Below, one piece after another: positions 40,496-55,000 of a stretch of DNA of 64,000 nt. The stretch's first letter is position 1. Every line of letters begins with the position of its first letter. The stretch lies in assembly GCF_009914755.1 (NCBI RefSeq), contig NC_060948.1. One strand, 5' to 3'. The DNA comes from the human T2T-CHM13v2.0 reference genome, Homo sapiens. The translations under genes and the position numbers were made by a program. The notes below the pieces were generated by a model that saw nothing but the letters and a program-made list of their open reading frames with translations, ran no database searches and was not told where the DNA came from.

Positions 40496-43400
40496 CGAGT
40501 ATTTCAAAACTGCTCAATCAAACGGAAGGTTCAAAACCGTGACATGAATGCCCACATCACAAAGTAGTTTCTCAGAATGCTTCTGTGTAGTTTTTATGTG
40601 AAGATATTTCCTTTTCCACAACAGCGTGCAAAACGCTTCAAATATGCCCTTAGAGATTCCACAAAAAGAGTGTTTCCAAACTACTCAAATCAAAAAATGA
40701 TTTCAACTCTGTGAGATGAATGCACACATCACAAACTAGTTTCTCAGAATGTTTCTGCCTGGTTCTCATGCGAAGATAGTTCCTTTTTCACCATAGGCCG
40801 CAATGTACTCCAAATATCCACCTGCAGATTCTACAAAAGTGAGTTTCAAAACTGCTCTATCAAAAGATCAGTTCGTCTCTGTGAGTTGAATGCATACATC
40901 AAAAAGAAGCTTCTCAAAATGCTTCTGTGTGGTTTTTCGGTGAAGATAGTTCTTTTTCTACCATAGGTCTCAAACCACTCCAAATATCCACTTGTAGATT
41001 CTATAAAAAGGAATGTTCAAAATTGCTCAATAAAAATAAAGTTTCAACACCGTGAGATGAGTGCACAAATCACAAAGGAGTTTCTCAAAATGCTTCTGGG
41101 TAGTTTTTCTGTGAAGATAGTTCCTTTTCTACCATGGGCCACAAAGGGCTCCAAATACCCACTTGCAGATTCTACAAAAAGAGAGTTTCACAACTGCTCT
41201 ATCAAACAATATGTTCAACTTTGTGGGTTGAACACAAATATCACAAGAATTTTCTCCCAATGCTTCTGTGTAGTTTTTATGTGAAGACATTTCTTTTCCC
41301 TCCATAGTCCACAAAGTGCTCCAAATATCCACTTACATATTCTAGAAAAAGATTGCTTGGAAACTGCACAATGAAAAGAAAGGTTCAAATATATGAGATG
41401 AATGCACACATCACAAAGAAGTTTCTCAGAATCTCTCTGTGTAATTTTTATGTGAAGATATTTCCTTTCCCACCTTAGGTCTTAAAACGCTCCAAATATC
41501 CACTTGCAGATACTACAAGAAGATTGTTTCAAAACTGCACAAAAAAAGAAATGTTCAATTCTGTTTGATGAATGCACACATCACAAAGAAGTTTCTCAGA
41601 ATGCTTCTCTGTAGTTTTTATGTGAAGATATTTCCTTTTCCACAATAGGCCTCAAAGGGCTCCAAATATCCACTTCCAGATTCTATGAAAAGAATATTTC
41701 CAAACTGCTCAATCATAGGAAATGTTCAACTCTGTGAGATGAATGCACACATCACAAGAAATTTCTCAGAATCCTTCAGTGTAGGTTTTATGAGAAGATA
41801 ATTCCTTTTCCACAATAGTTCTCAAAGCACTCAAAATATCCACTTGCAGATTCTACAAAAGGAGTATTTCAAAACTGCTCAATCAAAAGAAAGGTTCAAC
41901 TCTGTGAGATGAATGGACACATCACAAAGAAGTTTCTCAGAATGCTTCTGTGTAGTATTTTTGTGAAGATATTTCTTTTCCACCATAGACCGCCAGGGGA
42001 CACAAATATCCACTTTCAGATTCTACAACAAGAGAGGTTCAAAACTACTCGATCAAGAGATGGTTTCAACTATGTGAGTTGAATGCACACATCACAAAGA
42101 ACTATGTCGGAATTCTTCTGTGTAGTTTTTATGTGAAGATATTTCCTTTTCCACAATAGACGTCAAAGTGATCCAGATATCCACTTGCAGATTCCACAAA
42201 AAGAGTGTTTCAAAAGTGCACAACCAAAAGAAAGGTTCAACTAGGTGAGATGAATGCACACATCAGAAGGAAGTTTCTCAGAATGCTTCTGCATAGCTTT
42301 TAAGGGAAGATACTTCCTTTTCCAACATAGGCCTCAAAGCACTCCAAATATCCTCCTGGAGATACCACAAAAAGAGTGTTTGCAAACTGCTCAATCAAAA
42401 GAAAGATTTAACTCTGTGAGATGAATCCACACATGACAAAGAAGTTTCTCAGAATGCTTCTGTGTAGTTTTTATGTGAAGATATTTCCTTTTCCACAATA
42501 AGACCCAAAAGGCTCCAAATATTCACTTGCAGATTCTAAAAAAAACAGTGTTTCAAAACTGCTCAATCAAAAGATAGTTCAACTCTGTGAGAAGAATGCT
42601 CACATCACTGAGAAGTTTCTCAGAATGCTTCTGTGTAGTTTTTATATGAAGATATTTCCTTTCCCACCGTAGGCCACAAAAGGCTCCAAATATCCACTTG
42701 CAGATACTATGAAAAGAGAGTTTCAAAACTGCTCATTCAAAAGATAGGTTCAACTCTGTGGTTTGAATGCACACAGCACAAAGAAGTTTCACAGAATGTG
42801 TCTGTGTAGTTTTTATGTGCGGATGTTTCCTTTTCCACCATATGCCTAAATATTTCCCAATTTCCACTTGCAGATTCTACAAGAAGAGTGTTTCAAAACT
42901 GCTGTATCAAATAAAGTTGAACTCTGTGAGGTGAATGCACACAGCACAAAATGGTTTCTCAGAATGCTTCCTTGTTGTTTTTATATGAAGATGTTTCCTT
43001 TTCAACAATAGGCCTCAAAGTGCTTCAAATGTCCACTTGCAGATTCTACAAAAAGAGTGTTTCAAAACTGCTCAATCAAAAGAAAGGTTCGACTCTGGGA
43101 AATTAATGCACACATCACAAAGAAGTTTCTCAGCTTCTGTGTAGTTTTCATGTGAAGTTATTTCCTTTTCCACAATAGGCCGCAAAGGGCTCCAAATATC
43201 AACTTACAGATTCTAGGAAAAGAGAGTTTCAAAACTGCTCTACGAAAAGATAGGTTGAACTCTGTGAGATGAATGCACACATCACAAAGAAGTTTCTCAG
43301 AATGCATCTGTGTAGTTTTTACGGGAAGACATTTCCTTTTCCACCATCTTCCACAAAGGTCTCCAAGTAACCACTTGCAGATTCTACAGAAAGACACTTT

Positions 43401-46280
43401 AAAAACTGCTCTATCAAAAGATCAGTTCAAGTCTGTGGTTTGAATGCACACATCACAAAGAATTTTCTCAGAATGCTTCTGTGTAGTTTTCATATGAAGA
43501 TATTTCCTTTTCCACCATAGGCCTCAAAGCACTCCAAATATCCACTTGCAGATTCTACAAAAAGAGATTTTCAAAACTAGTCAATCAAAAGAAAGGTTCA
43601 ACTCTGTCAGTTGAATGCACATATCACAAACAAGTTTCTCGGAATGCGTCTGTGTAGTTTTTATGTGAAGATATTTCCTTCTCCACAACAGGCCTCAAAG
43701 TGCTCCGAATATCCACTTGCAGATTTTACTAAAGAGTGTTTCCAAACTGCTCAATCAAGAGGAAGTTTCAAGTCTGTGAGCTGAACGCACACATCACAAA
43801 GTAGTTTCTGAGAATGCTTCTGTGTAGTTTTTATGTGAAGATGTTTCCTTTTCCACCATAGGCTGCAAAGGGCTCCAAATATCCACTTGCAGATTCTACA
43901 AAAAGAGAGTTTCAAAAGTGCTCTATCAAAAGATAGGTTCAACTATGTGATATGAATGCACACATCACAAAGTAGTTTCTCAGAATGCTTCTGTGTAGTT
44001 TTTATGTAAAGATATTTCCTTTTCCACCATAGGCCTCAAAGCACTCCAAATATCCACTTGCAGATTCTACAAAAAGAGATTTTCAAAACTATTTAATCAA
44101 AAGAAAGGTTCAAATCTGTCAGTTGAAGGTACATATCACAAACAAGTTTATTGGAATGCTTCTGTGTAGTTTTTATGTGAAGATATTTCCTTTTCCACAA
44201 CAGGCCTCAAGGTGCTCCAAATATCCACTTGCAGATTTCACTAAAAGTGTGTTTCCAAGCTGCTCAATCAAGAGGAAGTTTCAAGTCTGTGAGGTGAATG
44301 CACACATTACAAAGAAGTTACTGAGAATGCTTCTGTGTAGTTTTTATGTGAAGATATTTCCTTTTCCACCGCAGGCCTCAAAGCGCTGCAAATATCCACT
44401 TGCAGATTCTACAAAAAGAGAGTTTCAAAACTGCTGTATCAAAAGATAGGGTCAACTCTGCGAGTTGAATAAACACATCACAAATAAGTTCCTGGGAACG
44501 CTTCTGTATAGTTTTATGTGAATATATTTCCTTTTCCACCATATGCCTCAAAGCACTCCAAATATCCACTTGCACATTATAGAAACATAGTCTTTCAAAA
44601 CTTGTCAATCAAAGAAAGGTTCAACTCCGTGAGATGAGTGCACACATCACAGAGAAGTTTCTCGGAATGTTTCTGTGTAGTTTTTATGTGAAGATATTGC
44701 CTTTTCCACAATAGGCCTCAAAGCGTTCCAAATATCCAATTGCAGATTCCACAAAAAAAGTTTTTTAAAACTGCTCAATCAAATGATAGATTAAACTCTG
44801 TGAGATTAGTGCACACATGTCAAAAAAGTTTCTCAGAATGCTTCTGTGTACTTTTTACGGGAAGATATTTCCTTTTCCACCATCGGCCACAAAGGACTCC
44901 AAATAACCACATGCAGATTCTAGTAACACAGAGTTTCAAAACTGCTCTATCAAAAGATAAGTTCAACTCTGAGAGTTTAGTGCAACCATCGTGAAGAAGT
45001 TTCTCAGAATGCTTCTGAGTAGTGTTTATGTGAAGATATTTCCTTTTCCACCATAGGCCTGAAAGCCCTCCAAATATCCACTTGCAGATCCTACAAAAAG
45101 AAAGTTTCGAAATGCTCTCTCAAACGATAGTTTCGACTCTGTGGTATGAATACACACATCACAAAGAAGTTTCTCAGAATGCTTCTGTGTAGTTTTTAAA
45201 TGAAGATATTTCTTTTTCCACCATAGGCCTCAAAGCACTCCAAATATGCACTTCCAGATTCTACAAAAAGAGTGTTTCAGAACTGCTCAATCAAAAGGAA
45301 GGTTCCAGTCTGAGACAAATACACACATCAAAAGGTAGTTTCTCAGAATGCTTCTGTGTAGTTTTTATGTGAAGATATTTTCCTTTCCACCATAGGCCAC
45401 AAATGGCTCTAAATACCCACTTACATTTTCCACAAAAAGAGAGTTTCAAAACTGCTCTACCAAAGGTAAGTTTAACGCTGTGAGTTAAGAACATCACAAA
45501 GAAGTTTCTCAGAATGCTTCTGTGTAGTTCTTACGTAAAGATATTTCCTTTTACACAATAGGCAGAAAAGTGCTCCAAATATCCACTTGAAGATTCTACA
45601 AAAACCGTGTTTCAAAACTGCCGAATCAAAAGAAAGGTTCAACTCTGTGAGATGAATGCACACATAACAAAGGAGTTTCTCAGAATGCTTCTGTGTAGCT
45701 TTTATATGAAGACATTTAGTTTTCCACAACAGGCCTCAAAGCTCTCTCCATATCCACTTGCAGATTCTACCGAAAGAGTGCTTCCAAACTGCTCAATCAA
45801 AAGAGACATTCAAATCTGTGAGGTGAATGCAGACATCGTAAAGAAGTTTCTCAGAATGCTTCTGTGTATTTTTTGTGTGAAGTTATTCGTTTTTGCACCA
45901 TAGGCCTCCAAGCGTTCTAAATATCCACTTCTAGATTCTACAAAAAGAGAGTTTCAAAACTACTCAAACAAAAGGTTCAATTCTGTGAGTTGAAAGCAAA
46001 CATCACAAAGAAGTTTCTCAGAATGCGTCTGTGTAGTTTTGATGTGAAGATATTTCCTTTTCACAGTAGAATGCAAAGGGCTCCAAATATCCACTTGGAG
46101 ATTCTACAAAAAGAGTTTCAAAACCGCTCTGTCAAATGATAGGTTGAACTCCCGGAGGTGAATACACACATCACAAAGAGGTTTCTCAGCATGCTTCTGT
46201 GTAGTTTTTATGTAAACATATTTCCGTTTCTATCATAGGCCTCAAAGTGCTCCAAATATTCACTTGTACATTCTACCAAA
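40496..46280. repeat. HOR copy 8
   Basis: 5,785 bp. Variants: 40523 T>C, 42878 C>T, 44491 T>C, 44858 G>C. Confidence 0.95.
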
Positions 46281-49200
46281 CGAGTATTTCAAAACTGCTC
46301 AATCAAATGGAAGGTTCAAAACCGTGACATGAATGCCCACATCACAAAGTAGTTTCTCAGAATGCTTCTGTGTAGTTTTTATGTGAAGATATTTCCTTTT
46401 CCACAACAGCGTGCAAAACGCTTCAAATATGCCCTTAGAGATTCCACAAAAAGAGTGTTTCCAAACTACTCAAATCAAAAAATGATTTCAACTCTGTGAG
46501 ATGAATGCACACATCACAAACTAGTTTCTCAGAATGTTTCTGCCTGGTTCTCATGCGAAGATAGTTCCTTTTTCACCATAGGCCGCAATGTACTCCAAAT
46601 ATCCACCTGCAGATTCTACAAAAGTGAGTTTCAAAACTGCTCTATCAAAAGATCAGTTCGTCTCTGTGAGTTGAATGCATACATCAAAAAGAAGCTTCTC
46701 AAAATGCTTCTGTGTGGTTTTTCGGTGAAGATAGTTCTTTTTCTACCATAGGTCTCAAACCACTCCAAATATCCACTTGTAGATTCTATAAAAAGGAATG
46801 TTCAAAATTGCTCAATAAAAATAAAGTTTCAACACCGTGAGATGAGTGCACAAATCACAAAGGAGTTTCTCAAAATGCTTCTGGGTAGTTTTTCTGTGAA
46901 GATAGTTCCTTTTCTACCATGGGCCACAAAGGGCTCCAAATACCCACTTGCAGATTCTACAAAAAGAGAGTTTCACAACTGCTCTATCAAACAATATGTT
47001 CAACTTTGTGGGTTGAACACAAATATCACAAGAATTTTCTCCCAATGCTTCTGTGTAGTTTTTATGTGAAGACATTTCTTTTCCCTCCATAGTCCACAAA
47101 GTGCTCCAAATATCCACTTACATATTCTAGAAAAAGATTGCTTGGAAACTGCACAATGAAAAGAAAGGTTCAAATATATGAGATGAATGCACACATCACA
47201 AAGAAGTTTCTCAGAATCTCTCTGTGTAATTTTTATGTGAAGATATTTCCTTTCCCACCTTAGGTCTTAAAACGCTCCAAATATCCACTTGCAGATACTA
47301 CAAGAAGATTGTTTCAAAACTGCACAAAAAAAGAAATGTTCAATTCTGTTTGATGAATGCACACATCACAAAGAAGTTTCTCAGAATGCTTCTCTGTAGT
47401 TTTTATGTGAAGATATTTCCTTTTCCACAATAGGCCTCAAAGGGCTCCAAATATCCACTTCCAGATTCTATGAAAAGAATATTTCCAAACTGCTCAATCA
47501 TAGGAAATGTTCAACTCTGTGAGATGAATGCACACATCACAAGAAATTTCTCAGAATCCTTCAGTGTAGGTTTTATGAGAAGATAATTCCTTTTCCACAA
47601 TAGTTCTCAAAGCACTCAAAATATCCACTTGCAGATTCTACAAAAGGAGTATTTCAAAACTGCTCAATCAAAAGAAAGGTTCAACTCTGTGAGATGAATG
47701 GACACATCACAAAGAAGTTTCTCAGAATGCTTCTGTGTAGTATTTTTGTGAAGATATTTCTTTTCCACCATAGACCGCCAGGGGACACAAATATCCACTT
47801 TCAGATTCTACAACAAGAGAGGTTCAAAACTACTCGATCAAGAGATGGTTTCAACTATGTGAGTTGAATGCACACATCACAAAGAACTATGTCGGAATTC
47901 TTCTGTGTAGTTTTTATGTGAAGATATTTCCTTTTCCACAATAGACGTCAAAGTGATCCAGATATCCACTTGCAGATTCCACAAAAAGAGTGTTTCAAAA
48001 GTGCACAACCAAAAGAAAGGTTCAACTAGGTGAGATGAATGCACACATCAGAAGGAAGTTTCTCAGAATGCTTCTGCATAGCTTTTAAGGGAAGATACTT
48101 CCTTTTCCAACATAGGCCTCAAAGCACTCCAAATATCCTCCTGGAGATACCACAAAAAGAGTGTTTGCAAACTGCTCAATCAAAAGAAAGATTTAACTCT
48201 GTGAGATGAATCCACACATGACAAAGAAGTTTCTCAGAATGCTTCTGTGTAGTTTTTATGTGAAGATATTTCCTTTTCCACAATAAGACCCAAAAGGCTC
48301 CAAATATTCACTTGCAGATTCTAAAAAAAACAGTGTTTCAAAACTGCTCAATCAAAAGATAGTTCAACTCTGTGAGAAGAATGCTCACATCACTGAGAAG
48401 TTTCTCAGAATGCTTCTGTGTAGTTTTTATATGAAGATATTTCCTTTCCCACCGTAGGCCACAAAAGGCTCCAAATATCCACTTGCAGATACTATGAAAA
48501 GAGAGTTTCAAAACTGCTCATTCAAAAGATAGGTTCAACTCTGTGGTTTGAATGCACACAGCACAAAGAAGTTTCACAGAATGTGTCTGTGTAGTTTTTA
48601 TGTGCGGATGTTTCCTTTTCCACCATATGCCTAAATATTTCCCAATTTCCACTTGCAGATTCCACAAGAAGAGTGTTTCAAAACTGCTGTATCAAATAAA
48701 GTTGAACTCTGTGAGGTGAATGCACACAGCACAAAATGGTTTCTCAGAATGCTTCCTTGTTGTTTTTATATGAAGATGTTTCCTTTTCAACAATAGGCCT
48801 CAAAGTGCTTCAAATGTCCACTTGCAGATTCTACAAAAAGAGTGTTTCAAAACTGCTCAATCAAAAGAAAGGTTCGACTCTGGGAAATTAATGCACACAT
48901 CACAAAGAAGTTTCTCAGCTTCTGTGTAGTTTTCATGTGAAGTTATTTCCTTTTCCACAATAGGCCGCAAAGGGCTCCAAATATCAACTTACAGATTCTA
49001 GGAAAAGAGAGTTTCAAAACTGCTCTACGAAAAGATAGGTTGAACTCTGTGAGATGAATGCACACATCACAAAGAAGTTTCTCAGAATGCATCTGTGTAG
49101 TTTTTACGGGAAGACATTTCCTTTTCCACCATCTTCCACAAAGGTCTCCAAGTAACCACTTGCAGATTCTACAGAAAGACACTTTAAAAACTGCTCTATC

Positions 49201-52065
49201 AAAAGATCAGTTCAAGTCTGTGGTTTGAATGCACACATCACAAAGAATTTTCTCAGAATGCTTCTGTGTAGTTTTCATATGAAGATATTTCCTTTTCCAC
49301 CATAGGCCTCAAAGCACTCCAAATATCCACTTGCAGATTCTACAAAAAGAGATTTTCAAAACTAGTCAATCAAAAGAAAGGTTCAACTCTGTCAGTTGAA
49401 TGCACATATCACAAACAAGTTTCTCGGAATGCGTCTGTGTAGTTTTTATGTGAAGATATTTCCTTCTCCACAACAGGCCTCAAAGTGCTCCGAATATCCA
49501 CTTGCAGATTTTACTAAAGAGTGTTTCCAAACTGCTCAATCAAGAGGAAGTTTCAAGTCTGTGAGCTGAACGCACACATCACAAAGTAGTTTCTGAGAAT
49601 GCTTCTGTGTAGTTTTTATGTGAAGATGTTTCCTTTTCCACCATAGGCTGCAAAGGGCTCCAAATATCCACTTGCAGATTCTACAAAAAGAGAGTTTCAA
49701 AAGTGCTCTATCAAAAGATAGGTTCAACTATGTGATATGAATGCACACATCACAAAGTAGTTTCTCAGAATGCTTCTGTGTAGTTTTTATGTAAAGATAT
49801 TTCCTTTTCCACCATAGGCCTCAAAGCACTCCAAATATCCACTTGCAGATTCTACAAAAAGAGATTTTCAAAACTATTTAATCAAAAGAAAGGTTCAAAT
49901 CTGTCAGTTGAAGGTACATATCACAAACAAGTTTATTGGAATGCTTCTGTGTAGTTTTTATGTGAAGATATTTCCTTTTCCACAACAGGCCTCAAGGTGC
50001 TCCAAATATCCACTTGCAGATTTCACTAAAAGTGTGTTTCCAAGCTGCTCAATCAAGAGGAAGTTTCAAGTCTGTGAGGTGAATGCACACATTACAAAGA
50101 AGTTACTGAGAATGCTTCTGTGTAGTTTTTATGTGAAGATATTTCCTTTTCCACCGCAGGCCTCAAAGCGCTGCAAATATCCACTTGCAGATTCTACAAA
50201 AAGAGAGTTTCAAAACTGCTGTATCAAAAGATAGGGTCAACTCTGCGAGTTGAATAAACACATCACAAATAAGTTTCTGGGAACGCTTCTGTATAGTTTT
50301 ATGTGAATATATTTCCTTTTCCACCATATGCCTCAAAGCACTCCAAATATCCACTTGCACATTATAGAAACATAGTCTTTCAAAACTTGTCAATCAAAGA
50401 AAGGTTCAACTCCGTGAGATGAGTGCACACATCACAGAGAAGTTTCTCGGAATGTTTCTGTGTAGTTTTTATGTGAAGATATTGCCTTTTCCACAATAGG
50501 CCTCAAAGCGTTCCAAATATCCAATTGCAGATTCCACAAAAAAAGTTTTTTAAAACTGCTCAATCAAATGATAGATTAAACTCTGTGAGATTAGTGCACA
50601 CATGTCAAAAAAGTTTCTCAGAATGCTTCTGTGTACTTTTTAGGGGAAGATATTTCCTTTTCCACCATCGGCCACAAAGGACTCCAAATAACCACATGCA
50701 GATTCTAGTAACACAGAGTTTCAAAACTGCTCTATCAAAAGATAAGTTCAACTCTGAGAGTTTAGTGCAACCATCGTGAAGAAGTTTCTCAGAATGCTTC
50801 TGAGTAGTGTTTATGTGAAGATATTTCCTTTTCCACCATAGGCCTGAAAGCCCTCCAAATATCCACTTGCAGATCCTACAAAAAGAAAGTTTCGAAATGC
50901 TCTCTCAAACGATAGTTTCGACTCTGTGGTATGAATACACACATCACAAAGAAGTTTCTCAGAATGCTTCTGTGTAGTTTTTAAATGAAGATATTTCTTT
51001 TTCCACCATAGGCCTCAAAGCACTCCAAATATGCACTTCCAGATTCTACAAAAAGAGTGTTTCAGAACTGCTCAATCAAAAGGAAGGTTCCAGTCTGAGA
51101 CAAATACACACATCAAAAGGTAGTTTCTCAGAATGCTTCTGTGTAGTTTTTATGTGAAGATATTTTCCTTTCCACCATAGGCCACAAATGGCTCTAAATA
51201 CCCACTTACATTTTCCACAAAAAGAGAGTTTCAAAACTGCTCTACCAAAGGTAAGTTTAACGCTGTGAGTTAAGAACATCACAAAGAAGTTTCTCAGAAT
51301 GCTTCTGTGTAGTTCTTACGTAAAGATATTTCCTTTTACACAATAGGCAGAAAAGTGCTCCAAATATCCACTTGAAGATTCTACAAAAACCGTGTTTCAA
51401 AACTGCCGAATCAAAAGAAAGGTTCAACTCTGTGAGATGAATGCACACATAACAAAGGAGTTTCTCAGAATGCTTCTGTGTAGCTTTTATATGAAGACAT
51501 TTAGTTTTCCACAACAGGCCTCAAAGCTCTCTCCATATCCACTTGCAGATTCTACCGAAAGAGTGCTTCCAAACTGCTCAATCAAAAGAGACATTCAAAT
51601 CTGTGAGGTGAATGCAGACATCGTAAAGAAGTTTCTCAGAATGCTTCTGTGTATTTTTTGTGTGAAGTTATTCGTTTTTGCACCATAGGCCTCCAAGCGT
51701 TCTAAATATCCACTTCTAGATTCTACAAAAAGAGAGTTTCAAAACTACTCAAACAAAAGGTTCAATTCTGTGAGTTGAAAGCAAACATCACAAAGAAGTT
51801 TCTCAGAATGCGTCTGTGTAGTTTTGATGTGAAGATATTTCCTTTTCACAGTAGAATGCAAAGGGCTCCAAATATCCACTTGGAGATTCTACAAAAAGAG
51901 TTTCAAAACCGCTCTGTCAAATGATAGGTTGAACTCCCGGAGGTGAATACACACATCACAAAGAGGTTTCTCAGCATGCTTCTGTGTAGTTTTTATGTAA
52001 ACATATTTCCGTTTCTATCATAGGCCTCAAAGTGCTCCAAATATTCACTTGTACATTCTACCAAA
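46281..52065. repeat. HOR copy 9 (matches local consensus)
   Basis: 5,785 bp. No minor alleles seen by eye. Confidence 0.93.
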
Positions 52066-55000
52066 CGAGTATTTCAAAACTGCTCAATCAAATGGAAGGT
52101 TCAAAACCGTGACATGAATGCCCACATCACAAAGTAGTTTCTCAGAATGCTTCTGTGTAGTTTTTATGTGAAGATATTTCCTTTTCCACAACAGCGTGCA
52201 AAACGCTTCAAATATGCCCTTAGAGATTCCACAAAAAGAGTGTTTCCAAACTACTCAAATCAAAAAATGATTTCAACTCTGTGAGATGAATGCACACATC
52301 ACAAACTAGTTTCTCAGAATGTTTCTGCCTGGTTCTCATGCGAAGATAGTTCCTTTTTCACCATAGGCCGCAATGTACTCCAAATATCCACCTGCAGATT
52401 CTACAAAAGTGAGTTTCAAAACTGCTCTATCAAAAGATCAGTTCGTCTCTGTGAGTTGAATGCATACATCAAAAAGAAGCTTCTCAAAATGCTTCTGTGT
52501 GGTTTTTCGGTGAAGATAGTTCTTTTTCTACCATAGGTCTCAAACCACTCCAAATATCCACTTGTAGATTCTATAAAAAGGAATGTTCAAAATTGCTCAA
52601 TAAAAATAAAGTTTCAACACCGTGAGATGAGTGCACAAATCACAAAGGAGTTTCTCAAAATGCTTCTGGGTAGTTTTTCTGTGAAGATAGTTCCTTTTCT
52701 ACCATGGGCCACAAAGGGCTCCAAATACCCACTTGCAGATTCTACAAAAAGAGAGTTTCACAACTGCTCTATCAAACAATATGTTCAACTTTGTGGGTTG
52801 AACACAAATATCACAAGAATTTTCTCCCAATGCTTCTGTGTAGTTTTTATGTGAAGACATTTCTTTTCCCTCCATAGTCCACAAAGTGCTCCAAATATCC
52901 ACTTACATATTCTAGAAAAAGATTGCTTGGAAACTGCACAATGAAAAGAAAGGTTCAAATATATGAGATGAATGCACACATCACAAAGAAGTTTCTCAGA
53001 ATCTCTCTGTGTAATTTTTATGTGAAGATATTTCCTTTCCCACCTTAGGTCTTAAAACGCTCCAAATATCCACTTGCAGATACTACAAGAAGATTGTTTC
53101 AAAACTGCACAAAAAAAGAAATGTTCAATTCTGTTTGATGAATGCACACATCACAAAGAAGTTTCTCAGAATGCTTCTCTGTAGTTTTTATGTGAAGATA
53201 TTTCCTTTTCCACAATAGGCCTCAAAGGGCTCCAAATATCCACTTCCAGATTCTATGAAAAGAATATTTCCAAACTGCTCAATCATAGGAAATGTTCAAC
53301 TCTGTGAGATGAATGCACACATCACAAGAAATTTCTCAGAATCCTTCAGTGTAGGTTTTATGAGAAGATAATTCCTTTTCCACAATAGTTCTCAAAGCAC
53401 TCAAAATATCCACTTGCAGATTCTACAAAAGGAGTATTTCAAAACTGCTCAATCAAAAGAAAGGTTCAACTCTGTGAGATGAATGGACACATCACAAAGA
53501 AGTTTCTCAGAATGCTTCTGTGTAGTATTTTTGTGAAGATATTTCTTTTCCACCATAGACCGCCAGGGGACACAAATATCCACTTTCAGATTCTACAACA
53601 AGAGAGGTTCAAAACTACTCGATCAAGAGATGGTTTCAACTATGTGAGTTGAATGCACACATCACAAAGAACTATGTCGGAATTCTTCTGTGTAGTTTTT
53701 ATGTGAAGATATTTCCTTTTCCACAATAGACGTCAAAGTGATCCAGATATCCACTTGCAGATTCCACAAAAAGAGTGTTTCAAAAGTGCACAACCAAAAG
53801 AAAGGTTCAACTAGGTGAGATGAATGCACACATCAGAAGGAAGTTTCTCAGAATGCTTCTGCATAGCTTTTAAGGGAAGATACTTCCTTTTCCAACATAG
53901 GCCTCAAAGCACTCCAAATATCCTCCTGGAGATACCACAAAAAGAGTGTTTGCAAACTGCTCAATCAAAAGAAAGATTTAACTCTGTGAGATGAATCCAC
54001 ACATGACAAAGAAGTTTCTCAGAATGCTTCTGTGTAGTTTTTATGTGAAGATATTTCCTTTTCCACAATAAGACCCAAAAGGCTCCAAATATTCACTTGC
54101 AGATTCTAAAAAAAACAGTGTTTCAAAACTGCTCAATCAAAAGATAGTTCAACTCTGTGAGAAGAATGCTCACATCACTGAGAAGTTTCTCAGAATGCTT
54201 CTGTGTAGTTTTTATATGAAGATATTTCCTTTCCCACCGTAGGCCACAAAAGGCTCCAAATATCCACTTGCAGATACTATGAAAAGAGAGTTTCAAAACT
54301 GCTCATTCAAAAGATAGGTTCAACTCTGTGGTTTGAATGCACACAGCACAAAGAAGTTTCACAGAATGTGTCTGTGTAGTTTTTATGTGCGGATGTTTCC
54401 TTTTCCACCATATGCCTAAATATTTCCCAATTTCCACTTGCAGATTCTACAAGAAGAGTGTTTCAAAACTGCTGTATCAAATAAAGTTGAACTCTGTGAG
54501 GTGAATGCACACAGCACAAAATGGTTTCTCAGAATGCTTCCTTGTTGTTTTTATATGAAGATGTTTCCTTTTCAACAATAGGCCTCAAAGTGCTTCAAAT
54601 GTCCACTTGCAGATTCTACAAAAAGAGTGTTTCAAAACTGCTCAATCAAAAGAAAGGTTCGACTCTGGGAAATTAATGCACACATCACAAAGAAGTTTCT
54701 CAGCTTCTGTGTAGTTTTCATGTGAAGTTATTTCCTTTTCCACAATAGGCCGCAAAGGGCTCCAAATATCAACTTACAGATTCTAGGAAAAGAGAGTTTC
54801 AAAACTGCTCTACGAAAAGATAGGTTGAACTCTGTGAGATGAATGCACACATCACAAAGAAGTTTCTCAGAATGCATCTGTGTAGTTTTTACGGGAAGAC
54901 ATTTCCTTTTCCACCATCTTCCACAAAGGTCTCCAAGTAACCACTTGCAGATTCTACAGAAAGACACTTTAAAAACTGCTCTATCAAAAGATCAGTTCAA